Part shown: positions 6,799 to 15,895 of the stretch, in pieces
How the letters are laid out: each line of letters starts with the position of its first letter
Position numbering within the stretch: position 1 is the first letter of the stretch
Assembly (NCBI GenBank): GCA_903877645.1
Contig: CAIRES010000072.1
Coordinates: 63,822-87,821 of the forward strand
Direction: 5' to 3'
DNA from: an uncultured Bacteroidota bacterium
GTDB taxonomy: Bacteria; Bacteroidota; Bacteroidia; Chitinophagales; Chitinophagaceae
DNA: 24,000 bases
Position numbers and translations under genes: made by a program
The notes under the pieces: generated by a model
Databases searched by the model: none
Seen by the model: only the letters and a program-made list of their open reading frames with translations
Told to the model about the DNA's origin: nothing

Positions 6799-7926
6799 TC
6801 AAGGGTTTCGTATGCACTCAAACAACATATCCACCTCTTCGGTCGTATTAAACGTATGCAGGCAAACCCTCAGCCGCTCCATGCCTACTGGTACTGTAGG
6901 TTGTAATATCGGGTTTACTTGCAATCCAGCTTGTTGCAGCCGTGTTGCCATTTCCTTACATCGTCCATTGTCACCGATCACTAAAGCCTGTATCGCACTC
7001 CGGCTATTTCTCCAGTTTACATTCCCCGATTCCTGTATCCGCATCCTGAAATGATCGATCAGGTCATGCAGCGCCTTATTCGAAAACCCATTGCCCGCCA
7101 GGTGGTCATATGCGGCTTTTATAGCTGCCACACTATGCCCCGGCAACGCAGTGGTATATATAAATGATCGTGCAAAATTGATAAGGTATTGTTGCAGCAA
7201 TGTGCTGCCCACCACTACTGCACCATGGCATCCCAATGCCTTACCAAATGTATGTACCCGTGCGAAAACCCTGTCCTGCAAGTTTAATAGACAAACGAGT
7301 CCCTCACCATGATTGCCGAATACCCCGGTAGCATGTGCCTCATCTACGATTAGTTGCGCATCGTGCGTTTCGCATAAGGCCACTAATTCGGTAAGCGGCG
7401 CCATATCGCCGTCCATCGAATACACAGATTCCACTACTACCAGCAGAGGCCCTTGCTCCCTGTATTTCTTTAATTGCTCCTCCAGTTCGTGCACATCATT
7501 GTGTCCGAATTTGTACTTGCGGGTACACTGGCTCAGCCTTACGCCATCTATGATGCTGGCGTGGCACAGCTCATCATAAAGTATCGTGGTATGTCTTGAT
7601 GGAATACAGGAGAGCAAACCCACATTAGCATCATATCCTGAGTTGAATAGCAAAGCCGCTTCAGCTTTATGAAAGGATGCGATGAGCGTTTCTAATTCTT
7701 CGGTCTGTACGTTATTGCCCGATAACAAACGTGATCCTGTCGATCCCGTGCTTTGTCCGGTATGAATATTAGGTACCAGGCTTTGTAGTAAGCCGGTTGT
7801 CGCAAGACCCAGGTAGTCGTTAGAAAAAAAGTCAATAGCTTGTCTGCCCACAGGCAATGCCCGCAGGTTTCCGGCCTGTGTTCTTTCCTCCAGTTTATGG
7901 CTCAGGTGTTGCTCAACACGGTTCAT
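6799..7926 (-). CDS. bioF: 8-amino-7-oxononanoate synthase
   Basis: 375 aa alpha-oxoamine synthase: [30 protein letters not shown] (PLP Lys). Its start overlaps the bioB stop by 4 nt (ATGA). Confidence 0.92.
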   Translation of the reverse strand: MNRVEQHLSHKLEERTQAGNLRALPVGRQAIDFFSNDYLGLATTGLLQSLVPNIHTGQSTGSTGSRLLSGNNVQTEELETLIASFHKAEAALLFNSGYDANVGLLSCIPSRHTTILYDELCHASIIDGVRLSQCTRKYKFGHNDVHELEEQLKKYREQGPLLVVVESVYSMDGDMAPLTELVALCETHDAQLIVDEAHATGVFGNHGEGLVCLLNLQDRVFARVHTFGKALGCHGAVVVGSTLLQQYLINFARSFIYTTALPGHSVAAIKAAYDHLAGNGFSNKALHDLIDHFRMRIQESGNVNWRNSRSAIQALVIGDNGRCKEMATRLQQAGLQVNPILQPTVPVGMERLRVCLHTFNTTEEVDMLFECIRNP

Positions 7927-8936
7927 GCGATCTGTGCGGCAGCCTGTTTGTGCTTCGGCAGCCCATCGGCAAATGCAGCTTTTGGTGTCAGCCCAAGTAT
8001 GCGGAACATTTCCTTATCCGAATTGAATTCCGGGTTGGGCGTGGTCAGCAACTTATCTCCCGCAAAAATGGAGTTAGCGCCAGCCATAAAGCACATGCCC
8101 TGCTCGGCTACAGAAAGCTCTAACCTGCCTGCGGATAGCCTTACAGCCGATCCGGGCATTACTATGCGTGCAGTAGCTATCATGCGCACCAGTTCGTCAA
8201 ACGGCACACGGCTGTTATCGGCAAGTGGTGTGCCGGCTACAGGCACCAGTACATTGATCGGCACTGATTCGGGGTGCTGTGGCAGGTTGGCCAGGGTCAG
8301 CAGCATACCCACACGGTCTGCATCTGTTTCGCCGAGGCCTATGATGCCGCCACTACATACCGTAATGCCCGCCTTGCGCACATTAGAGAGAGTGTTCAAC
8401 CGGTCATCGTAGGTGCGGGTAGTGATCACCTCGCTATAATGCTCTTCTGATGTATCTACATTGTGATTGTAAGCATACAGGCCGGCTTCTGCCAGGCGTT
8501 CTGCCTGGTGTGCATTTACCATACCCAGGGTGCAGCATACTTCCATGTCCAGGCCGTTCACGGCTTTCACCATATCTATCACACGGTCAAAATCACGGTT
8601 GTCCCTTACCTCGCGCCATGCCGCACCCATGCAAAAACGGGACGCGCCTCCTGCCTTGGCGTTCTGTGCTGCTTCCAGCACTTCGTCCACCTGCATCAGC
8701 GCATGTACTTTTACACCGGTATGGTAGCGGGCTGCCTGCGGGCAATAGGAACAATCCTCTGAGCAGCCACCTGTTTTTATAGACAATAAGCTACTGATCT
8801 GTACCTCGCCGAAAACATGATACTCACGTTGCACATTCGCTGCATCAAGCATCAGTGGCAACAATGGGCGCTCATATATTTCCGTTATCTCTTCTCTTGT
8901 CCAGTTATGGCGAATAGCTTCCATATTTGCAATCAT
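7923..8936 (-). CDS. bioB: Biotin synthase (radical SAM)
   Basis: 337 aa with [10 protein letters not shown] (CxxxCxxC), YNHNVDTS and GGIIGLGE. First gene of the operon. Confidence 0.95.
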   Translation of the reverse strand: MIANMEAIRHNWTREEITEIYERPLLPLMLDAANVQREYHVFGEVQISSLLSIKTGGCSEDCSYCPQAARYHTGVKVHALMQVDEVLEAAQNAKAGGASRFCMGAAWREVRDNRDFDRVIDMVKAVNGLDMEVCCTLGMVNAHQAERLAEAGLYAYNHNVDTSEEHYSEVITTRTYDDRLNTLSNVRKAGITVCSGGIIGLGETDADRVGMLLTLANLPQHPESVPINVLVPVAGTPLADNSRVPFDELVRMIATARIVMPGSAVRLSAGRLELSVAEQGMCFMAGANSIFAGDKLLTTPNPEFNSDKEMFRILGLTPKAAFADGLPKHKQAAAQIA

Positions 8937-9092
8937 TTTTATTTGGCGAAACTATTCGATTTTCCGCAGGATTTGAAATTTTTTGACAACAGTAAAAGCA
9001 ATTAAGCAATATTAATTATTATGTTTTTCCATGTTTCCGTCATAGATTATTTAGCACAATCTTGTATTTTTAGGCAATACTACCCAAGCCGT

Positions 9093-11063
9093 ATGAGATT
9101 TTTATATTTATTGTGCTGCATAGTCTTATTGCCTCTTGTATTATTTGCCCAAACTAACGCAGGCGAAACGTTACAAAAATTACAGCATGCCCAAAGTGAC
9201 AGCCAGGCCATAAACTTATACAAGTCCCTCATCAGGCATTATAGTGTTGATAAACCTGACTCATCAGCCTATTACGCACAGCAAGGTATACAATATGCTA
9301 CCCGGAAGAACTTCCCCGTTGGAGAGGCACGCATTGTCGCACAACTGGCGATCATTGATGTAAACCAGGGCAGGATGGAAATTGCCGAAAAAAGAGCCCA
9401 ATATGCCCTGGACATATTTAGGAAATACAACGATGCCCTCGGCGTAGCTGATATGACCAGTAATCTTGGCGCGATAAATGGTACTAAAGGCAATTTTGAG
9501 CCGGCAACCAGGTACATGATGGCTGCGCTGAAGATACAGGACAGCCTCAAAGACTACCATGGCATAATGATCAGTTGTTCTAATCTCGGTAGCATGTATA
9601 TTGAGCATGAGGACCTGGTCAATGCTACCAAATATCTCGATCGCGGCGCCGAGGCCAGTCGGCATACACCGCTCATAGATCAGTCCATTTCTCTTTATAA
9701 CACAATAGGGGTATTGAAAATAATGAAGGGGGATACCCTGGCAGGTTTGGAAACATTCCAACACGACCTGGAGTTAAGTGACAAACCCGGCTTTATCGCT
9801 TCTCATAGTGAGTGCTATCTGTATCTCGGCAACTTTTATGAAGACAAAAATGACGCGGAAAAGGCGACAATGTATTTTAAGGAGGGATTGAATATTGCCA
9901 CCAAAGCCCATATGCCTGAAATGCAAGCCAATATTTTACTGGAGCTGGCAAAGCTGTCATCTGAAAAGGATCCGAAAGTGGCAATGGGTTTTCTCGATCA
10001 GGCGAAGGTCATTTGTGACAGCACAGGCAACAGGGCTTTCCTGGTAAATGTGCTCGGGATAATGGCCGATGTGCATAAGAAGCAAGGCAATTATGCTGCC
10101 GCTCTCGCAGAGGTGGAGCAGCAACAAAAACTAACGTACGACTTGTTCAGTCTCAATAAAACGAAGGAGATAACCAGCATCAGCGAGGCTTACCAGTTCG
10201 AAACCAACCAGCGCATCCGGCAGCTTGAAACACTCAGCAGGCACAATGAATACCAGCGCAATGTGATCATTGGGATAGCGGCGATCATTATTATTTTTCT
10301 CCTGATCCTGTTGTACTTCTACCGGAAAACACGACTATTGAACAAGCAACTGGTCATCAGTGAGCAGGAACTGAAAGAACTCAATTCTACCAAAGATAAA
10401 CTCTTCTCTGTTATAGGACACGACCTCCGGGGGCCAATAGCCAGGATACCGGCTATCATAGATATTTATGAAGATGAACTGACCACTGATGAAGAAAAGA
10501 AGTACCTGCTCGATACTCTTCGGGAACATACCAAGGCATCGCTCGAAACATTTGATAAGCTGCTCTATTGGGGTCAGTTACTCGTCAACGGTATCCGCCT
10601 GCACCAGACCAAAATAAAACCTAAAGGCTACATCAAGGAAAACATAGACCTGAAGAAAATAAAGGCTGCCGAAAAAAATATAACGATCACAGACAATACG
10701 CCAGACAATATTTTTGTGTACGCTGATTATGCCCATTTCGATTTCATTATCAGGAATCTGCTCGCTAATGCCCTCAAGTACACGAATAAGAATGGCCATG
10801 TAACCATAAGCGCCGATGCGGCCAGCCAGCCGGGCCACACCATTTTTGCTGTAAAAGATGATGGGGTCGGCATCAGCAAAAGCACCATGCAGAAGCTATT
10901 CACGCTGGTGAATAGCAATGAAGGTACTTCAAGCGAAAAGGGCAATGGCATCGGACTGATGCTTTGCAAAGAATTTGCCGTGAAGAATGGCGGCGATATA
11001 TGGGCCGAAAGTGAGGAAGGTAAGGGTGCTACATTCTATTTCTCAGTAAAAAATGCTGAATAA
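9093..11063 (+). CDS. Sensor histidine kinase with extracytoplasmic TPR domain, single TM, coiled coil, HisKA and HATPase_c
   Basis: MRFLYLLCCIVLLPLVLFAQ signal, ~390 aa of TPR-like repeats, TM VIIGIAAIIIIFLLILLYFY. H-box SVIGHDLRGP, N-box NLLANALKYT, G1 VKDDGVGI, G2 GNGIGL. The ORF track starts at 9021, but M25 gives a canonical signal peptide and a TATTTTTA box (9065-9072) sits 20 nt upstream of it. Confidence 0.88.
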   Translation: MRFLYLLCCIVLLPLVLFAQTNAGETLQKLQHAQSDSQAINLYKSLIRHYSVDKPDSSAYYAQQGIQYATRKNFPVGEARIVAQLAIIDVNQGRMEIAEKRAQYALDIFRKYNDALGVADMTSNLGAINGTKGNFEPATRYMMAALKIQDSLKDYHGIMISCSNLGSMYIEHEDLVNATKYLDRGAEASRHTPLIDQSISLYNTIGVLKIMKGDTLAGLETFQHDLELSDKPGFIASHSECYLYLGNFYEDKNDAEKATMYFKEGLNIATKAHMPEMQANILLELAKLSSEKDPKVAMGFLDQAKVICDSTGNRAFLVNVLGIMADVHKKQGNYAAALAEVEQQQKLTYDLFSLNKTKEITSISEAYQFETNQRIRQLETLSRHNEYQRNVIIGIAAIIIIFLLILLYFYRKTRLLNKQLVISEQELKELNSTKDKLFSVIGHDLRGPIARIPAIIDIYEDELTTDEEKKYLLDTLREHTKASLETFDKLLYWGQLLVNGIRLHQTKIKPKGYIKENIDLKKIKAAEKNITITDNTPDNIFVYADYAHFDFIIRNLLANALKYTNKNGHVTISADAASQPGHTIFAVKDDGVGISKSTMQKLFTLVNSNEGTSSEKGNGIGLMLCKEFAVKNGGDIWAESEEGKGATFYFSVKNAE

Positions 11064-11132
11064 TAAATAACAGGCACGGTTATTGTAATCATGTATAACT
11101 GATCCAATGTCTGTGGTCACGAAAAATAAAAT

Positions 11133-11813
11133 ATGATGAAAAAGATTTTTTCAATATTAGCGATTGCCGTTCTTGCTGTTACAGGGTGCAAGAAAAGTAC
11201 AAGTTCCGCACCTGCCAATTCCGCCAACGTTATGTTTGTCAATGGGTGTGCAGGGACCGGGAGTATATATGTGATGGATGGCACTACAAAAATTGCCGGT
11301 GCATCTAATGTTGCATTCTTCGGCACTTCCGGCTATCAATACATTACTGCCGGCAGCCAAAGCCTGTCATTCTATGTAAGTAGCCTCGGTAGCTCTACTC
11401 CCTTAAATACTTTGTCCACGTCTTTTACAGCTAATGCGCATTATTCAGTTTTTGTAGCCGGGCTCATTACCGGTTCTTCAACACTCGTTACTACCGATGA
11501 TCTTTCTGCGCCAACTTCCGGTAATGCGAATATCAGGTTCATCAACTTGTCTTCTGATGCATTATCAGAAAACGTGTCGGTCGGCACTACAAGCATCGCC
11601 ACTTCGGTTACATCTTTGCAGGCAAGTGCATTTGCTTCCGTTGGAGCAGGTAATTTTGTGATCAAGGCCGGAGATCCGTCTAACATAAGTACTGTGGTCA
11701 GTACCGCAAGTGTTACACTTTCTGCGGGTAAGATATACACCGTCATGCTCACCGGTACGCTTGCCGGCATAGGCACATCAGCTCTTACGCTTACTGTACT
11801 TACTAATAACTGA
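11133..11813 (+). CDS. DUF4397-like lipoprotein (paralog 1 of 3)
   Basis: MMKKIFSILAIAVLAVTGCKK is a lipoprotein signal. Two half-domains open with ANVMFVNG... and ANIRFINLSSDA..., the repeated a.vRfvn.s.d pattern I associate with DUF4397. Confidence 0.7.
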   Translation: MMKKIFSILAIAVLAVTGCKKSTSSAPANSANVMFVNGCAGTGSIYVMDGTTKIAGASNVAFFGTSGYQYITAGSQSLSFYVSSLGSSTPLNTLSTSFTANAHYSVFVAGLITGSSTLVTTDDLSAPTSGNANIRFINLSSDALSENVSVGTTSIATSVTSLQASAFASVGAGNFVIKAGDPSNISTVVSTASVTLSAGKIYTVMLTGTLAGIGTSALTLTVLTNN

Positions 11814-11854
11814 TCATAGCTATTATTGTAACTGGCATGAAAATTGCTAAATTT

Positions 11855-11896
11855 ATTGCGTATCCTGTAACAATTTACGGATACGCAATTTCTTTT
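11855..11896 (+). terminator. Intrinsic terminator after DUF4397 paralog 1
   Basis: Perfect 11-bp stem ATTGCGTATCC / GGATACGCAAT (11855-11865 / 11879-11889) with a 13-nt loop, followed by TTCTTTT. Confidence 0.7.
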
Positions 11897-11922
11897 AATT
11901 TATACCCACCTAACAGGCCTTT

Positions 11923-12612
11923 ATGAAAAGACAATATGCCGTCGTGCTTTGCTTAATAAGTATCCTGGCGCTTGGTTGTAATAAAACGAAAGACAGTACC
12001 CCTGCAAATATCGCGCATGTGCAGTTTTTGAATGGCTGCGTAGCAACAGGAGATGTATACGTAGCCGATAGCCTCAAAACGCTGTCTGGTGTTCGTGGCC
12101 TTGATTATGACACTGCCACAGGCTACCTGTCCCTCGCCGCAGGCGCAGAAAGAATGATGGTGTATATCAACAGCTTTGGCAATGCCCGGCCATTGCAAAC
12201 TGCATCCACCACATTTTACGCCAATAACTATTATTCTGTTTTTGCAGGGGGCATTATTACCAACCCTTCTTTTTTTGTAACTGACGATGACCTCTCCGCA
12301 CCTGCACAAGGTATGGCCAAGATCAGGTTCGTCAACCTGTCTGCTGATACGCTTTCCGAAACGGTGATCGTAGGCAGCAATCTGCTGGAAGTACATGTTA
12401 ATACTGCAACCTGTACGCCATATCATACTGTGATTGCCGGCAAATACGTTATTAAAACGTACGACCCCGCTAAGGCAGGTACTACTGACAGCCTCTTACC
12501 GCACACGTACCTTGCCGATAGTATCTATACAGTAGCACTTACCGGTAGGGGTGTAGATAGCCTTGACTATCCCCGTCACCTTACCCTCTTTCTGAATGAC
12601 CCGAACAAATAG
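11923..12612 (+). CDS. DUF4397-like lipoprotein (paralog 2 of 3)
   Basis: MKRQYAVVLCLISILALGCNK signal. AHVQFLNGCVATGDVYV... and AKIRFVNLSADTLSETV... align along the full length with paralog 1 (shared DDLSAP, YSVF.(A/G)G.IT). Confidence 0.7.
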   Translation: MKRQYAVVLCLISILALGCNKTKDSTPANIAHVQFLNGCVATGDVYVADSLKTLSGVRGLDYDTATGYLSLAAGAERMMVYINSFGNARPLQTASTTFYANNYYSVFAGGIITNPSFFVTDDDLSAPAQGMAKIRFVNLSADTLSETVIVGSNLLEVHVNTATCTPYHTVIAGKYVIKTYDPAKAGTTDSLLPHTYLADSIYTVALTGRGVDSLDYPRHLTLFLNDPNK

Positions 12613-12634
12613 CCCATACCCCAAACTGCTTTTT

Positions 12635-13375
12635 ATGAAAAATGTTTTTGCCCTTTTTGCTTTATTCCTCTGTATATTATCTACAACGGGTTGCCGGAAG
12701 AATGATAATCCCGCGGTAAATACCAATAATGCCAATGTCATGTTTGTGAATGTAATGACTAATGGGAATTTGCCATTTTTGCTTGATGGCCACATAGGCG
12801 ACTCTGCTATTGCTTCCGCGCGGGGCCTTGGCATATGCGGTTATACGGCTTATAACACTATTCCTGTTGCAGCAAACGCGCACTTATCATATTGGGTGGG
12901 CAGTAACAAATTGGTTGACTCAATAGAAAACTTTGTTTACAACGATTTTTATTCTGCCTTTATCTGCGGCACACCATCAAAACCAAAACTGATCGTCGTA
13001 CAGGATTTTTTCAATTTACCGGCTCCAGGCTATGCATCAATCCGCTTCCTTAATTTCTGTCCCGGAGATCTTCACCTGGATTGTTATGTGAATAACGACA
13101 AGGTAGACACCATGCTGGGCTATATTGGTTCCTTTCCTTTTGGTGTGTACCTGAATTCAGGCTATGCGCCCGTCAATATCTATGACTTCATCCAGGTGCA
13201 TGCAGGCACGGCCAAATTGATCATGCAAAATGTAGCAAATACGGCCTATACTGCAGTTTACGATGACTATCAGTTGCTTGATGGGGCACAATACACCGCT
13301 ATATGTACTGATACTACTGCCAATTTGTTAAGTACCGGCCACCACCTCAAGATCACAATGATCCACAATCATTGA
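12635..13375 (+). CDS. DUF4397-like lipoprotein (paralog 3 of 3, most divergent)
   Basis: MKNVFALFALFLCILSTTGCRK signal, then ANVMFVNVMTNG... and ASIRFLNFCPGDLHLDCYV. The ORF-track start 12596 overlaps paralog 2. ATG 12635 gives a canonical lipoprotein N-terminus and a 22-nt gap. Confidence 0.65.
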   Translation: MKNVFALFALFLCILSTTGCRKNDNPAVNTNNANVMFVNVMTNGNLPFLLDGHIGDSAIASARGLGICGYTAYNTIPVAANAHLSYWVGSNKLVDSIENFVYNDFYSAFICGTPSKPKLIVVQDFFNLPAPGYASIRFLNFCPGDLHLDCYVNNDKVDTMLGYIGSFPFGVYLNSGYAPVNIYDFIQVHAGTAKLIMQNVANTAYTAVYDDYQLLDGAQYTAICTDTTANLLSTGHHLKITMIHNH

Positions 13376-13444
13376 CCAATCCCCCTGATGAGGGTATATG
13401 AATGAAGGAAAAACAACCTAATTTTATACCCTAATCTGTATTAC

Positions 13445-15481
13445 ATGAATAATAAGTTCATTCTGCTGGCAGCCGCAACTTTATCAGTGGCAGCATGCAA
13501 CCAGCCAACCCCAAAGGAAACAGCTAAAGCTGACATCATTTGCAGCGACATGGATACCACCGTGCGCCCCAATGACGATTTCTTCGCCTATGCCAATGGC
13601 CTGTGGATGAAGAACAACCAGATACCTGCCGATGAAACATCCTGGGGTATTGGCGAGTTGGTACAGAAAGAACTATACGCCAAGCTGCGCAAGATCAATG
13701 AAGATGCAGAGCAGAAAGGGGACAAAACCGGTTCCGGCCAGCAGATAGGCGACTTCTGGTATAGTGCTATGGATACCGTAAATATCGAAAAGAACGGCAT
13801 CACCCCGCTCCACGATGAATTGACCAGGATAGACGGCATGAAGACAAAAGAAGATGTGCTGGCACAGGCTGCCCACATGCACACCTTTGGAGCTAATGTT
13901 TTCTTCGATGAAGGTGTGGCACAAGATCCCAAGCACAGCGATGTTGAAGCCTATTTAATGAACCAGGGTGGCCTTGGCCTGCCGGACAGAGATTATTATT
14001 TTAATACAGATGCCCGTACTGCAAAGATCAGGGCGCAGTATCCTGCATACATAGCTACTATATTCAAGCTCATGGGTATCGATAGTGTTGTTGCGGCAAA
14101 GAAAGCATCCTCGGTCATTGCTTTTGAAACAACGCTTGCAAGGTCATCTCGTAAGCTCGAAGACCTCCGCGATCCTTATACCAATTACCACAAATTTGCG
14201 ATCACCAAATTACGCAGCATGTCGCCGGGTATCAACTGGCCGCAATACCTGGATGAAATGGGCGTGAAGCATGTGGACAGCGTGATCGTAGGCCAGCCTG
14301 AGTTTTATGCGGCGCTTGATAAGGCAATTGCAGCTACCGATATGCAGACGCTGAAGGACTATATGACTTTCCACCTCATCGCTTCTTTTGCCAATGACCT
14401 CAGCAAGCCATTTGCTGATGCCAATTTTAATTTCTATTCAAAAGCCATCCGTGGGGCCGAAGAGCAGCACCCGCGCTGGCGCAGGGCCCTCGATGCCGAA
14501 GAAGGCGCTATAGGAGAAGAACTGGGACAGTTGTTTGTAAAAGAATACTTTAATGCCACGGCTAAAGCCCGGTATGAGCAGATAGTAGAGAATGTACGTA
14601 ACGCCTACAAAGCAAGGATCGGGAAGCTCGACTGGATGTCGGACAGTACCAAGCAGAAGGCGATTCATAAATTGATGGCCATCCGCAAAAAAGTGGGTTA
14701 TCCCGATAAATGGAAAGATTTCTCCTCGCTCAAAATTGACCGTGGTCCTTACGCCCTCAACATCATACGTGCCAACCAATGGTGGAATAATTACGAAATG
14801 AGCAAACTCGGCAAGCCCGTTGACCGCGACGAATGGACAATGACCCCGCAAACCTACAACGCTTATTACAACGAATCCAACAACGAGATAGTGCTTCCCG
14901 CTGCTATGATGACAGTACCCGGCTACAAGGATGCAGACCTTGACGATGCACTCGTTTATGGCTACACAGCCGCCTCTACGGTAGGCCACGAGATCACACA
15001 CGGGTTTGATGATGAGGGCCGCAAGTTTGATGAGAAAGGCAACCTGTGTAGCTGGTGGGGATCCTCTGATACAGCACAGTTTATGCACCGAGCTGATGTG
15101 CTGGTGCAGCAGTTCAATAAAATGATACCTATTGATACCCTGCACATCAACGGCAAAGCCACCCTCGGCGAGAACCTCGCCGATCTTGGTGGTATACTCA
15201 TTGGCCTCGATGCCTTCAAACAAACGGAGACCTATAAAAAAGGAGAGAAAATAAATGGCAAAACTCCATTACAGCGGTTCTTCCTCGGCTACGCCCTTGG
15301 CTGGCTGCTCGAAGAACGTCCGGAACGTGTTGCCACACAATTGCTTACAGACGTACACTCACCTGCCAAGTACAGGGTCAATGGCCCGTTCCCGAATGTT
15401 CCTGACTTTTACGAAGCATTCGGCATTAAGCCAGGAGATAAAATGTACATACCGGATAGCGCAAGGGTGCATCTCTGGTAA
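13445..15481 (+). CDS. M13-family zinc metallopeptidase (neprilysin / endothelin-converting enzyme / PepO type), lipoprotein
   Basis: 678 aa. MNNKFILLAAATLSVAACNQ lipobox, HEITHGFDDEG (HExxH), GENLADLGG (third zinc-ligand Glu motif), NAYY. Confidence 0.92.
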   Translation: MNNKFILLAAATLSVAACNQPTPKETAKADIICSDMDTTVRPNDDFFAYANGLWMKNNQIPADETSWGIGELVQKELYAKLRKINEDAEQKGDKTGSGQQIGDFWYSAMDTVNIEKNGITPLHDELTRIDGMKTKEDVLAQAAHMHTFGANVFFDEGVAQDPKHSDVEAYLMNQGGLGLPDRDYYFNTDARTAKIRAQYPAYIATIFKLMGIDSVVAAKKASSVIAFETTLARSSRKLEDLRDPYTNYHKFAITKLRSMSPGINWPQYLDEMGVKHVDSVIVGQPEFYAALDKAIAATDMQTLKDYMTFHLIASFANDLSKPFADANFNFYSKAIRGAEEQHPRWRRALDAEEGAIGEELGQLFVKEYFNATAKARYEQIVENVRNAYKARIGKLDWMSDSTKQKAIHKLMAIRKKVGYPDKWKDFSSLKIDRGPYALNIIRANQWWNNYEMSKLGKPVDRDEWTMTPQTYNAYYNESNNEIVLPAAMMTVPGYKDADLDDALVYGYTAASTVGHEITHGFDDEGRKFDEKGNLCSWWGSSDTAQFMHRADVLVQQFNKMIPIDTLHINGKATLGENLADLGGILIGLDAFKQTETYKKGEKINGKTPLQRFFLGYALGWLLEERPERVATQLLTDVHSPAKYRVNGPFPNVPDFYEAFGIKPGDKMYIPDSARVHLW

Positions 15482-15496
15482 ACTAAACAACGTATC

Positions 15497-15536
15497 TAAT
15501 AGAGAATGCCCCGGGACTCCGGGGCATTCTCTATTA
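15497..15536. terminator. Long perfect palindromic hairpin downstream of the M13 peptidase gene
   Basis: The 18-bp perfect stem taatagagaatgccccgg / ccggggcattctctatta has a 4-nt loop (gact) and starts 16 nt after the stop. There is no clean U-tract (gaatctcttta follows), so it may terminate transcription or stabilise the RNA. Confidence 0.6.
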
Positions 15537-15837
15537 GAATCTCTTTAAGGTCACTGTTTGGTATATACTTCCCAGCTTACAGACCCACCTTGTGTCTCTC
15601 AGTGTCATACTGTACTGGTAGTGGTCAGCACATCTACATGGAAGTATGTAGTATTACTGCCAAATACTTGTTTCAGCCGTGTATGCAGTTCTGCAATGTC
15701 CATGTGAATGGGCTGCTTATAGTTTCCGACGCTAATGTTCCGGTGGCAGTTCCTGTAGAGTTGTTGTTGTAAGTATAAAAAATATTGGTCGAATCCGGTA
15801 TAAGTTCATTGGCATCCAATGTGTGATTATACTACAC

Positions 15838-15868
15838 GTTAAAAGGAGCCATCATGACTCCTTTTAAC
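15838..15868 (-). terminator. Hairpin downstream of the OmpA-family gene (possible terminator)
   Basis: An 11-bp perfect stem GTTAAAAGGAG / CTCCTTTTAAC with a 9-nt loop, 28 nt past the minus-strand stop at 15896. It is A/U-rich with no separate U-run. Confidence 0.4.
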
Positions 15869-15895
15869 GGGTTAATATTTTCTTAAAATAGAATG

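Noticed and set aside
7840-8412. 190-aa + strand ORF across the bioF/bioB junction, plus several 60-110-aa ORFs at 8450-8782
   Set aside because: They run antisense to bioB and bioF, whose identities are certain. The products are Ser/Ala/Pro/Cys-rich translations typical of shadow ORFs.
8937-9020. Possible BirA-type operator or strong promoter upstream of bioB
   Set aside because: I looked for a TGTnAAC-N14-16-GTTnACA-like dyad. I found only an imperfect TTGAAA...TTGACAA arrangement and a weak TTTC-N20-TAGTTTCG promoter-like pair. This is not convincing enough to call.
9021-9092. N-terminal extension of the histidine kinase (ORF-track start 9021)
   Set aside because: M25 (9093) begins a textbook signal peptide. 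A near-consensus -7 box (TATTTTTA, 9065-9072) lies inside the extension.
14438-15223. 261-aa ORF antisense to the M13 peptidase gene
   Set aside because: It overlaps the HExxH/GENLADLGG catalytic region of a clearly real gene and has no motifs of its own.
15506-15772. 88-aa + strand ORF in the M13/OmpA spacer
   Set aside because: It starts inside the 18-bp terminator palindrome of the upstream gene. It has no promoter box and no recognisable domain. The minus-strand frames here also give only peptides of about 30 aa.
15787-15800. GGTCGAATCC, resembling a tRNA T-loop
   Set aside because: The flanking bases do not form a T-stem, and no acceptor or anticodon arms can be built around it. It is not a tRNA.
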